Assembly: GCF_902652985.1 (NCBI RefSeq)
Contig: NC_047015.1
Location: 32,860,001 to 32,924,000, forward strand
Direction: 5' to 3'
From: Pecten maximus
Taxonomy: Eukaryota
Length of the DNA: 64,000 nt
The position numbers and the translations under genes were made by a program. The first letter of the stretch is position 1. Every line of letters begins with the position of its first letter. The notes beneath the pieces are model-generated. The model had not been told where the DNA came from, searched no databases, and was given only the letters and a program-made list of their open reading frames with translations. Below are positions 25,468 through 38,415 of this stretch, piece after piece.

Positions 25468-27311
25468 ATATATAGAAGGAAACATCCCTACAGTATAACA
25501 CGTTCAGGAGGACAGGGAAGTGTATATCAGTTAAATTCTACGTAAACAGTATCTCAAATAGCCCAATTCTGGGGAATTATTTACAATCCTCAGACAGATC
25601 GAGTATAGTATAGTAATCATGTTAACTGCATACGACTCATATGAGTAATGAATGATACTGTATCATATTGCTGCCCTTATTGGACTCTTCTCTGCAACTA
25701 AGGGTCAACTATGTGGACATCCAGATGAATCTCTATTTATTGAAACGCTTTTTTTTTTATTTATCTCTTTAAAGAGGGGGTTACTTCTATGTACACTAAG
25801 AAACCATGTGTTACAACTGTTACTTTACCCTATTTTCAACTTTCAAATGGTAACATTTACATCAGCCGTAATAACAAACTTAACAGACAACGTGAGCTGT
25901 GTTTATCTTATCCCTATATCAACAGCCTGTGATTCTGTCTGGCCGTTGACTTAAACACCTACCGGTAGTAATAAAAAAAGTTGGAGGAGGGCAATGTGTT
26001 TAGATTCTGTATACAAACTTAAGTGTGAATATAGATGACCACAGAAACGACTCCTAGTAGTTTACCTCGTATTAATGTCTGGGGTTAATAAACCAACATT
26101 GTATATCATACCAAGGATACGTCGAAAGGCTGACCAATCAACGAAACATCAACACCTTTGTCGTGATCCGTAGAAGGTTAATGTTGAGTTATCCTACGTG
26201 TGACAGTATAGTAACAGTACCCTGTAAATATAATAGTTCATGTAACATCACCGTCTGATTGTTGATGAGTATTGAAATAGTCAGTCCTCCGGGTTTGCCA
26301 TAATCTTGCAAGTCTTGTGGGCTTTTCCTTCTTCTGCTTCGTCTTCTTCTTTTTGTTAGATAATAAACATATATATCTGGTGGTCCCTGTTCATGTTAGA
26401 ATTATAATTCGTCAACATTTGCCAAATTGATTAAATTATGGGTTTACTGCGCCTCCCCTTTACATGTTAACACCTGCTTGTGCCCATCTAGATTTCCCAA
26501 CCTTGCCGTCTAGATTTCAACACTTTTGGCTCCTAGTAAAACTGACGAATATAGCAGAGAACATCGACATAATAACAAAACCATAGAAGGACAAATATAT
26601 GTCGGGTAAATAACCAGCTTCCGCCGTTTACACCTTCTTTAACCTAATTCATATTAAAATATGCTATTTCCTCACGTCTCCTTTGTGCAATATTTAGTCC
26701 ACATGCTCAACGCCAACAACTTAGATCGTCTGAGGAGAACGTTGGAAGGGTTCATTATGACATCTGAATTCGACGTCTAAACCGTTTCTTTTGGAAATTT
26801 AGAAGGTAAACCGAGGTCAAACAAAGCCGAATTTTGATAGTTCACTTAAGGCCAATTTAACAGCTAAATTATTAAATTATAATCTGAAGCCAACATCTTA
26901 AGTATTCACTTGGTTGGCATTAAATTCGTAGATGTGAAACCAAACAGCCGAGTGGTAACTTAATGCTTGCTCTGATATCTTCCAATTGAGCGTAAATCAT
27001 TTTAGTCAACAAATTTGGATATTTTAATATGAAATGTTTTTGACAGAACAAATCTTGAATGTGATTTCATAAAATATTTTCTATCAGTTTGTTATTGGTA
27101 CTTTAATTAAGAGATTATAAGTCAGGGTGCAATCCGATATCGTATTAGTAAGGGATTTATATTAAAATTCTTGGCAGGATCAATAAACCAAAATCGATAC
27201 ATGAAATCATATATAAGAACGTAATTATATATAATTAAAACATCAAAAAAGACAAATGACTCTTGTTAAATGTGAAGGTCGATGTATGACGTATTTTACC
27301 CTCGTCAGGCT

Positions 27312-28207
27312 TACACTAACCTCCATCCAATAGCTACTCTAACCTCCTATACTAACCAATGACCCACACTAACCTCCTACACTAACCTCTTACACTAACC
27401 TCCATCCAATAGCAACATCCGGCCTACTCTAACCTCATCGATTAACATCTGGCCTACAGAAACCTCCTACACTGAACTTCTGACCTACACTAAACTCAGA
27501 TCTACAATAACCTCATAGACTAACCTCTAGACTACGCTAACCTCTTGCATTAACCTCTTACACTTACCTCCGGACAACACTAACCCCCGGCCTACACTAA
27601 CCTCCTAGACTAGCCTCAGGCGGCCTACACTAATCTCCGGCCTACATTAACCTCCGGCCTACACTAACCTCCGGCCTACACTAACTTCAGGCCTACACTA
27701 ACTTCAGGCCAACACTAACCTCAGGCCTACACATTCCTCCTACACTAATCTCCGGCCTACATTAGCCTCCGGCCTACACTAACCTCCGGCCTACACTAAC
27801 ATCCGGCCTACACTAACTTCAGGCCTACACTAACCTCAGGTCAACACTAACCTCAGGCCTACACATTCCTCCTACACTAATCTCCGGTCAACACTAACCT
27901 CCGGCCTACACTAACTCCTACACAAACATCCGGCCTTCACTAACCTCCTACACTAGGCTCCGACCTACACTAACATTCTCCACTAACCTCTGGCCTACAG
28001 AAACCTCCTACACTAACCTCCGGCCTACACTTACATCCGACCTACTCTAATCTCCGGCATACACTTACCTCTGGCCTACAAAAAACATCCTACACTAATT
28101 TCTGGCCTACACTTAACTCATGTTTACAGTAACCTCCTACATTAACCCCTGGTCTACAGAAACCTCATACACTAACTTCTTACCTACACTTAACTCCTAC
28201 ACTAACC
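27312..28207. repeat. Degenerate minisatellite, 17-bp unit with 13-bp variant
   Basis: CTAACCTCCGGCCTACA / CTAACCTCCTACA. Confidence 0.93.
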
Positions 28208-28239
28208 TAGCCAATGTCTTTTACCTTCATCCTTTACCG

Positions 28240-29075
28240 CTCATGTTTTCTATCAATCGTCCTCTCGTGTCTTTCGTATCTATCATTCTCTCGTGTCTTT
28301 TTTTATATATCACCCTCTTGTATCTTTTTTATCTATCATCCTCTCGTGTCTTTTCTATATATCATCCTCACGTGTCTTTCCTATCTATCATCATCCGTGT
28401 CTTTTCGATCTATCACCCCCTCTTGTCTTTCCTTTCTACCATCCTCTGGTGTCTTGTTCTATCTATCCTCCTCTCGTGTCTTACCTATCTATCACCATCT
28501 CGATTCTTTTTTAACTGTCATCCTCATGTGTCTTTCCTATCTATCATCCTCTCGTGTCTTTTCTATCTATCATCCTCTCGTGTCCTTTTTTGTCTATCGT
28601 CTTCTCGTGTTTTTCCTATCTATCATCCTCTCGTGTCTTTTCTATCTATCATCCTCTCGTGTCTTTCCTATCTATCATCCTCTCGTGTTTTTCCTATCTA
28701 TCGTCCTCTCGTGTCTTTCCTATCTATCACCCTCTCGTGTCATTATGTATCTATCATCCCCTCTTGTCTTTCCTTTCTACCATCCTCTGGTGTCTTGTTC
28801 TATCTATCCTCCTCTCGTGTCTTACCTATCTGTCATCCTCACGTGTCTTTTCTATATATCATCATCTCGTGTCTTTTCTATCTATCACCCTCGTGTCTTT
28901 TCTATCTATCATCCTCTCGTGTCTTTTTTTGTCTATCGTCTTCTCGTGTTTTTCCTATCTATCATCCTCTCGTGTCTTTTTTATCTGTCATCCTCTCGTG
29001 TTTTTCCTATCTATCATCCTCTCGTGTCTTTCCTATCTAACACCCTCTTGTGTCATTATGTATCTATCACCCTCT
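28240..29075. repeat. Pyrimidine-rich minisatellite, ~26-bp unit, with higher-order block duplication
   Basis: Unit TCCTCTCGTGTCTTTCCTATCTATCA; a variant block starting TCTTGTCTTTCCTTTCTACCATCCTCTGGTG occurs at 28421 and 28762. Confidence 0.93.
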
Positions 29076-30682
29076 CACTCTGTTCCCCCATGTCTATTTC
29101 TCTAGTTTCCACTATCCTCCACTCAGTCTATTCACAATTTTCCGTTGCTGTTATGATATTCATCATTCCGCGTGTGTTTGCCTTTCTCTTTCTCTCATTT
29201 CTCTGTACCAGTATTTTTACTCCCATCTATGGGAACTCGGCGTCAGTTATTACAATATGGCTTATATACAAATGTGTCGTTGTCTGAGGCTTTCGATATT
29301 TCACAAAGACTAATTGAATTAGCAAAAATGCACTCGGCTTCTATTGAGCAACGATCGCCAGGCCCGATGAGGATATATTCGCACATTATCTTGAAGTTCA
29401 CACGCATTAATAACAACTTTTTTGTATGAACGTGACAAGTCAACGTTACATGTTTCTGCAACATCGATACAAATATTTACTGTCGGTTATATCTCGTAAC
29501 TTAATAATGGAGCAACACCAGCGTTCGGTACACTCTACGTCAATGTCGTGATTGAAGCCTTCAATATCACCAAACCATCAGCTTAAAAACCGCATATATT
29601 GAAAAAATAAATGATCTGCTTTATGATTGTAAAAACTACTAGTAAAAGCATAATAATACTATTATCAGATCATTAAAACGCAACTTCAAACATAGGGCTT
29701 ACAGAAACAATTAAGCCGTTTCTCATAAAAAAACTCGTATCAGTGATACAATGTAGCAAAATCTGAAAACTGATAATTGATGTTTTGTTTCTGAGCACGG
29801 TAAATGACGGCGCGTGATTAGAGATAATGATACCAGAATACTCAATGGGGAGTTCCTCCCCCGAATATTTCCTCTCCACAGTATGCAAAAATTTAGATCC
29901 GGGCACATGACTTCAAAAGGTGTTCTGCACAAATTAAAGTTTGTGTGCTGTTATAATGATTCTGTTCAGTGTCAGAAGGCAATGAATCAAACTTCGTGAA
30001 ATATTGATGTGAAGGAATACGATTGCCCTGATTAGGGACAGCTTGTTGAGGTTAGGAGGGCCAGCTACTCTATATTAGTTTCTCCACCGTTCACCTGCGG
30101 TTAATTTAAGGATATGCTTTCTACTACAAACAACGTCTTTGGTAATCACAGGACTTACGTTCACGGCATGGCGAGTAATAGGGAGTCTCGTTAAACAAGA
30201 TGTGATACCAATTACTATCTGCTTCTTCTTTTTTAATTCAGATGCTATAGCACTTTTTCAATTGTATAATAGTGTCATGTAAGTCTGAATAACCATAGAA
30301 AGAAATTTAAAATTGCAAATATTTATCATTTGCATATTTATCAAGTTTGTCTTATATAATATTTTTTCCATATATAACGTAAATGATTGATATTTCATTC
30401 ATCAAAAGGGAATATTTTGACGTTACCAGAATATATCGACTTGTATTTTATTTACATGTACTTGAAGTCATCTTACGTTGAAATTGCCCTAAGCTTGTTC
30501 AGAAGCATTACCACCTGTCGTTTTCGACTTTTTTCAAGCGCTATAGTAATTGACGGTTATCCATTCCCTGGTGAGTACCCATATGCACGGTCTATGAGTT
30601 ACACTAATACTCTAAAATATACTTCTTGGACCATATGAGCTCGTCATCTGAAATAACGAGTGTACTATGTTAATGTACTTTC

Positions 30683-31411
30683 TCCCCTTCTCTGGTGACT
30701 GCCCATGGAAGGAGAGTTACAATGGTTTCTCCGAAAATGTATTCCCTTCTCTTGTGACTGCCCATGGAAGGAAAGTTACAATGGTTTCTCCGAAAATGTA
30801 TTCCCTTCTTCTGTGACTGCCCATGGTAGGAGAGTTACAGTGGTTTCTCCGAAAATGTATCCCCTTCTCTTGTGACTGCCCATGGAAGGAAAGTTACAAT
30901 GGTTTCTCCGAAAATGTATCCCCTTCTCTTGTTAGTGCCCATGGAAGGAAAGCTACAATGGTATCTCCGAAAATGTTTTCCCTTCTCTTGTCAGTGCCCA
31001 TGGAAGGAAAGTTACAATGGTTTCTCCGAAAATGTATCCCCTTCTCTTGTGAGTGCCCATGGTAGGAAAGTTACAATGGTATCTCCGAAAATGTATCCCC
31101 TTCCCTTGTGACTGCCCATGGTAGGAAAGTTACAATTGAATCTCCTAAAATGTATCCCCTTCCCTTGTGACTGCCCATGGTAGGAAAGTTACAATTGATT
31201 CTCCTTAAATGTATCCCCTTCCCTTGTGAGTGCCCATGGAAGGAAAGTTACAATTGAATCTCCTAAAATGTATCCCCTTCCCTTGTGAGTGCCCATGGTA
31301 GGAAAGTTACAATGGTATCTCCTAAAATGTATCCCCTTCCCTTGTGAGTGCCCATGGTAGGAAAGTTACAATGGTATCTCCTAAAATGTATCCCCTTCCC
31401 TTGTGAGTGCC
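30683..31411. repeat. Minisatellite, 59-bp unit, ~12 copies
   Basis: Unit CCCCTTCTCTTGTGACTGCCCATGGAAGGAAAGTTACAATGGTTTCTCCGAAAATGTAT. Confidence 0.97.
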
Positions 31412-33663
31412 TAGTCTCTTCGCGGTCGCACTACTCCCTAATCAATGTTGTGGCGTGATGTGCATCGTCCTCGTACCTCTATTTATGCCAATTGGGAGTT
31501 AATCCCTGTGAAAGCAACCCATCAGCGCGTTTTTAGTGGACACATCCGACCCGGACAATCAACTGCGACGTATAATTTGATCATAACCATATTCTGTCAA
31601 TCCTGTAGAGCAATGGTTGGTTGGGGAAACCATTGATTTGACAGCTAGACCATACATGTCTCCCGAGGTCAACATTATTTCACCGTATAACCGCTACAGA
31701 AGATCAATCATTACCGCAGCCGATGCATGAATCACCATCTCAGATTCATGAATTAATTGTTTGGAAACTTATATCATGTTCTTTACACTTTGGTGTACAT
31801 TGCAGGAGATGAAATCTAGTTTTTCATCCACAAACTATCAAATGCCTCTTGATTTCAATTTCCCCCCATTATCTTCTCGCATTTTATTCGCTTGCGTTAT
31901 ATCAATGTACAGTAACCTGTATTAAGTGGTCGCGAGCTATCTAAGGCCCGTTCGATTAATGCGTTGATTTTGTTGGAGATTTTTATTATGCATCATCAAC
32001 GCATTTATAAAAGCTATCAATGTGCTTCGTTATTCATTTTACCGTTGGCGAGCTACATTATGAAGGCATAATGCTAAATTCATTTTTTCATATATAATGT
32101 AACCACATTATTATGCTTTATAAATATTTTATATAAAACTCGGTATCTTTTGCCATTAATCTAATTCATTTTACACACGAATTACATATGTTAAATCAAT
32201 CTTAAGATAACTGAGCAAATCGTTTATGCTATATACACACTTATTATACATTTTTTTTTGTATCTACGACATCCAGGTGAAAAGACGTTTATTATGCTCG
32301 TGACGGACAGTGATACTATAATTTAACAATATTTGAAAGGCATTTTACGCTTTGGCTATGATTTTCATGGCATGCCAAGCAATTCTATAGTGCCATGATA
32401 TAAAAGCGCCTCTTATCTTATATTCGGTCAGTAGAGGCGTTGTCATTTGTGTAAATAATACTTGAATACTTTCTGACATGTTGTCACGTGTGTAAATGGT
32501 GCTTAAATAATATCTGACGTGTTGTCACTTGTGTAAATGATGCTTCAATGATATATAGCTTGTTGTCCAATATACCGTTTAGAATTTCAAGAGAACCCTT
32601 CGTCTTTAGGACTTATAGAATGTGCATATATCTCACTGTTATTCATAAGACATCTGAAATAGTGTTTTACAATTATTTACATCTAATGTATTTTGACTTA
32701 CTTTTGATTTTATCCTGATTTATTTTCCTTTATTCCATAACGGTACTTTGTTTATGCCGACTCTCGGACTATTGTTGTCCATGTGTTGGTCGTATTGCGT
32801 TTTAATTCTGGTACATTTTCTTAACATCAACATGGCTCTGACCAGCACGAATCTGAAGCATGCGTGCACGATGTCAATTCTCTCTGTACAGCACAATGCC
32901 TTGTTCCCTACCTGCTTTTTTAACCTCCATACAAAGGAGAGTTCCATATGCAATAAATATTGTTTAATTACAGATATACAATCACGCGTTTTGGAGATCA
33001 ACCAGAACCTAACAACCAACGCTCATGCACTACATCATACAGACCTGCTGAATCACAAAGAATTCATCAAATCACTCCCTAGCAAACTCTGCATGAAGTT
33101 TTTGTCTAGAATAGAAAACTCTCTTTTCATTCTAATAGGATTCCTATCAGACGGAAATGCACTATTGATTGCCCGGGATCTGATCAATCGCCGGCCGATA
33201 CCGAGCATGAGGCGTGCTTTGGTACGCTAGGTCCAGCCATGCTGATGCTGTGAGGAGACAAAGACCAAACAGCGACACACGCATGCGTTTCTGAACGATG
33301 TCTGCGTCATATTTAAGTAACTGGGTTCATTTTTCATCTTTATTATAGTTTCCCTTCGGCGCAAGTATTTATATCAAGTATGTCTTTATTATTTATTATA
33401 AATCAAATCACCTAAGATGATCTCAATATCATAGACAATAGTCCGATAATACAACGTGATTCCGAAGAAGATCTGCACAAGTGCAATGTGCACTGAGGAG
33501 GTGTGTTAGTGACCAGATCATTTCTGACCGTCACCTGTATGATATATAGTAAAACTACATATAGTTCATGATGTGTAGTGGAACTATAGATATTTTTATT
33601 ATAGCATATAAGAAAGAGTAATCTGTCCTTGCGAAGGTGAATGTATAAAAATAACGAAAAAAC

Positions 33664-33784
33664 AAGACTTTGCCGCTAGTCCTTTCTGCCCTCTCAGGCT
33701 TCTTTAGGCGGACTGAACATATGTTCAAACAACATGATAAACAAGTAAGCCTGAGAGGACAGAAAGGCCTAGCGGCAAAGTCTT
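33664..33784. mobile_element. 121-bp hairpin/MITE-like element with 38-bp inverted arms
   Basis: Arms 33664-33701 and 33747-33784 are 36/38 complementary. The loop contains the perfect 14-bp palindrome TGAACATATGTTCA (33714-33727). Confidence 0.7.
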
Positions 33785-33867
33785 ATTTACATTATATATA
33801 GTGTAAATATATATATATATTATGATATATAACATAGTAACACAACTGACGAAGGAAGGAACTTTAT

Positions 33868-33940
33868 GATTCGTGCCCTGACCGGGCCTCGAACTCACGA
33901 TCTACGGCACCCAATCGCCTAGCCAGAAATACTCGTAGCT
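33868..33940 (-). mobile_element. Truncated tRNA-derived SINE head (B-box half)
   Basis: The minus strand reads ...CTGGCTAGGCGATTGGGTGCCGTAGATCGTGAGTTCGAGGCCCGGTCAGGGCACG, with B-box-like GAGTTCGAGGC. It is a GC-rich island in AT-rich DNA; no intact A box. Confidence 0.55.
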
Positions 33941-36900
33941 TATATTTTAAGATATAAAGTGTAACTATATATATTTATATGATATATGGTAACCTTATAT
34001 ATATTATGTTATATAGTGCAACTATATAAATTATATGATACATATTTGATTTTGTCCTTACTGCGATTGAAGACAGCGTATTTCGTATCAATCACTTTAT
34101 TATTGAGATGTCAATCACAACAAATGACTTATACATATCGTGGACAATAGCCTAGGTATTGTCAATGTGTATGAAAGCGCTTCGTCCAATGGCATTCTTT
34201 AACAAAATGGCACGACAATCCTTGTATCAAAGGTATCCTTGCTAGTTTATTTAACCAAATAAACTGTGGAACTCCTAATTGATAGAGTAGTGCCAGTGTT
34301 ATTACGTGTAGAAATAAAAGCCCTATAACTGTACTGGTATTCAATTCCTCTTCGAGGCATTAAAGTCAAAACTGCTAGCTTCAACTCATTAAAACATCGC
34401 TTATTGTGATGGTGTGTGAAAAGACAACCAAAGCCAACAAATCATGATAGTGACAATAGGGATATATAGCTAAACTAGATGGTATCATAGGTATTTTCTA
34501 TCTACAACTGCCTTTTAGCGTTTCCAGTCAAAATATCAAATTCACAATTTTCATACGCAACTAATATTTTTTCAAATTATTTTCTTCATAACAAATAGCG
34601 CAGAAAAACTGAAAAGCAATGCTGATTTCACTTTTTTAAGAATTTTTGAATCAGTCCATTGTGTCGAGTAATAAATGGTCTTATTCAAAAGATATCTTTC
34701 TAGAGAGATAGTTAAACTCACACATCAAGGGGTGGAAGTTTATAAATGTATCGTTATGTCAGCGTCATTATTTCAGAGTTATTGCTGAAATGCCATGGTA
34801 CTGTAAATGAATCACTCTCCATGATATCACACCAGATCTCTCATTTAGAACGGTACATACAGTCATTAGTCATATACAAAGTGTCATCAAGCTATCAGGA
34901 CTCTTTGCAACACTCTTCGCAACAATAATATCCGCTTGATATTTAAACGTACTGTTACTAGAGCCGACACTATCGATATTTCTTCTCTTTGGACAATACT
35001 CCAAAAACAACTATTTAGCTTAATAGACTTAATAGCTGAGTGACTGAACGGAAAACATCGTCTCCCTCAAAATTCGAAAGCTCACAAGCATTCAGTGGTT
35101 TAAAGATGAATAATGATTAAGAAAGTTTCAAAAAATACATGTGATTCTCTACTCGTCCATCCCATTAGATGATTTTTTAGCACTTGACTAGTATACAAGT
35201 TAAGATCATACATGTACCATGTCTTGGACGGAACGACAGATTCCTGATATATATATGTGTATATATACACATATCGCACAGCATCTGAAATACTGGCAAA
35301 ATCGTCTTTGATTGTAAGATAGAAAAGTGTGTCCCGAGGAGTATGATTAGGCTGTCGAAGGCCCCTGTGCCAAGATGATACCATGATTGCTATGATGGCA
35401 AAGAACCAAAAAAACACATAGATAGATGGTGTGAAATCACATGCTATTTCAGATCGATTTTCCACTACTGCCGTCTTTTCCTATACCTAACAATACTGGC
35501 TACGGATCTGTCATCCCTTTCATGTCAAATTATATATCATGGTATCTTTCCTTTAGAACAAATGTTTCCGAAGTTAGTGTGTAATGTAGACAGATGCTAT
35601 GAAATACACGCTCTATAACCAGTGGTGTTATTTGTGTTCTTATTGTGTAAATACATTAACTTCCTCCTCAGTGACGTGGTTAGTATACCCGAAAATTATT
35701 TAATATATAACAACATAAAATTGTTATACAATGTGTGAAATATTGACGAACAAATCCACCATTAAATTGGTCAGCTTATTGTCTAGGTAACGTTTGTTTA
35801 AGGTTCTGAATTAACAATGTAAGTTCACTTTGAAAAGGTAATATGCGATAAGATGAAGTATATGTTAAACAAATCGACGAACAGTTGAAAGATAGTTGTT
35901 TCAGTCGATGGCTGACTAGGTATAGAATAAGTAGACTGGATTTCCGTAGTCTCTCAAAATTGCTAGTTTGTCAGCAAGACGGTGACAATAGCACCTCGAC
36001 GGTTTCCAACATCAACTAACAAGAAAGGCTCGCGAGTGGCCTGTCTAACGAGTGTTTAGGTCAGTTCGTCTCGGATGTAGGACGAGCGGATGGAACTGTG
36101 ACAAAGATAGAGAAGGTTACAACACGATGGAGAAGATATATGATGTATCTGTAACGCACAACACATCCCGGATATTACTTTTCTGTGAATATGTACAAGG
36201 ACTGTCAAGTAAGCATGCAATTACAAAATATGATAAACGAAATCTTATTGGAGCTAAAGACATATATATTGAATACATATAGATATTTTAGCCGTAGCCC
36301 TATTCGTTGTCATATTTAAAAAAAAAAATAAGGGGGGGGGGGGGGGGGGGGGGGGTCAAATACGAATAAACAACGCGATACTACCTTGCAAAGAAATATT
36401 ACTTTAGATTGATAAAATCGGCAAGGTACGAACAAAAAGATAACTTTATAACCTGATTATGTGTTCCAGAAGGCTAAGCGTCTTCCGCTTCGTCGTCGAC
36501 ACCTGAGTACATTTAAGAGACCAAAAATTACCTTACGACCATAGAGTATTTGGTTGGTAGGTAGGTACATCTTGGTTCAACCAATCTGTAAACTGATGAA
36601 ACGTCTCAGCGTTCGTTACATTCACATGGGTTTTGAGATTCACCTATTTACTTTTGCTTTCAACACCATGTTTTGCAACAGATTATCTCTTTTGTCTACC
36701 ACCATTTAAAGCATGCATCATCAATCATTTAGAGATCAGAGGACAAGATCAAATTCCTTCATGAAGAATAAACTTGCTTCAGTTGTTTGAACTGATGAAT
36801 GGAAATAAAAATAAAATGCCTTTGGGGGGGGGGGGGGGGGGGAACCCAAGATAATTATGTGTACTCCTCGTGTCGGTTTACATAAGGGACATAAAAAAAG

Positions 36901-37999
36901 AACAAATTCTATCTTGAATTCTAAAAGCAAAAAATGCATACATGGGCGTACTTCGGATTTTCACTTTTTTCCCCTTAGTCTTTTTTGCAAGTGATGCTCC
37001 AAGTTACTATCAGGTTGACCATATCTGAACTTATAGTTGCTCATATCAAATGTTGATAAAATTCATTCAAAACCACGGCACCGTGTTAATCAACATTCTA
37101 TGCATCTGAGGATTATTTGAACAAGTTATTGACATTCATTCTCGTAAACTTCCAACAACCTTCAAGCCAGTACTCAATATTTCTATCAAATGATATAACT
37201 TAAAAAAATACATTTCTGCGTTCTGATTAAAATTGATGATTATACCCTCATGATAAGCATATTGTTAAACCTGGTTCATATTAATCCGTCTTCTGTTCCG
37301 GTAGGTACATTCTAGCCATACAAGGACGCCCCACCACTAACAGTTAATTATTAGCATATCCATGAATACAAAACAAACCAAAAATATTTCGTTTATAGCA
37401 ATTTGTATCTAGAAACCCTTCTAAAAAAATCTCATGTCGAACTCAATGCTTTTCCATATTTTGTGAAAAGTTGAATATTGACGATGTTGCCTTAACTGAA
37501 GAATACATGTAAACATATTGTCCATATAGTTATCTTCCTGAAAGTGTGCAGTGTAATTGGCCATCTTCTTAATGAATATCACTGTAGTCTGTAAATTGCT
37601 TAAAAACTTCTTCATAAAGGTACTTCCAAATGATATGATATCCTTGACACCTCTAGAAACATCATAATCACGTTTTCTTACCACTTATCAGACTGTGCGT
37701 GCTGTCCAACTTAAATGGCAGTGGAGCATTTATACTACCTGAGATAGGTGCCTTATTGGAACGCAAGCTGAATGTTTTGATGTTACTGAAACACCACAAA
37801 ATATACCGTCTTGTCTGTATGGGCGATATGAGTAATTAACACATTAGCATTGCCTCTGGTTAATTATGCTGTCTGTAGCGTGTACCGCTGACATATTCGT
37901 GTAACCATGGAAACGCTTATATTGGGAAAGATGTAAGAAACTACGAAAGGGCAGAACCATTATATCTAGGATTCAAAGCTGCTGTACCAGCCGGCCTTG

Positions 38000-38415
38000 T
38001 AACAATATCAATGTTCATACCAATAACGATGGTGTGTACCAATATCAATGGTTTGTACCAATATCAAGGGCTTGTATCAATCTACCAATGTCAATAATTT
38101 GTACCAATATCAATGGTTTGTACCAACATCAATGGTTTGTACCAACAATAATGGTTTGTACCAATATCAATAGTTTATACCAATATCAGTAGCGTGAACC
38201 AATATCAATGGCTTGTACCAATCTACCAATATCAATGGTGTGTATCGATATATATTTTATACCAACATCAATGGTTTGCACCAATAACAATTGTTTGTGC
38301 CAACGTCAATAGTTTGTAACAGCATTAATGGTTTTACCAATATCAATTGGTTTTTTTTTACTAATACCAATGGTTTCTACTTATATCAAAGATTTGTATC
38401 AATTTCAATGGTTTA
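38000..38415. repeat. Degenerate minisatellite, 19-bp unit, ~20 copies
   Basis: Unit ACCAATATCAATGGTTTGT. Confidence 0.9.

Noticed and set aside
27312-28207. Interstitial telomeric repeat
   Set aside because: CTAACC occurs only once per 13-17-bp unit; there is no tandem (CCCTAA)n or (CCTAA)n.
28120-29287. 306-aa and 357-aa hydrophobic 'membrane protein' ORFs
   Set aside because: Translation of a pyrimidine-rich 26-bp minisatellite; several frames are open and no domain is recognisable.
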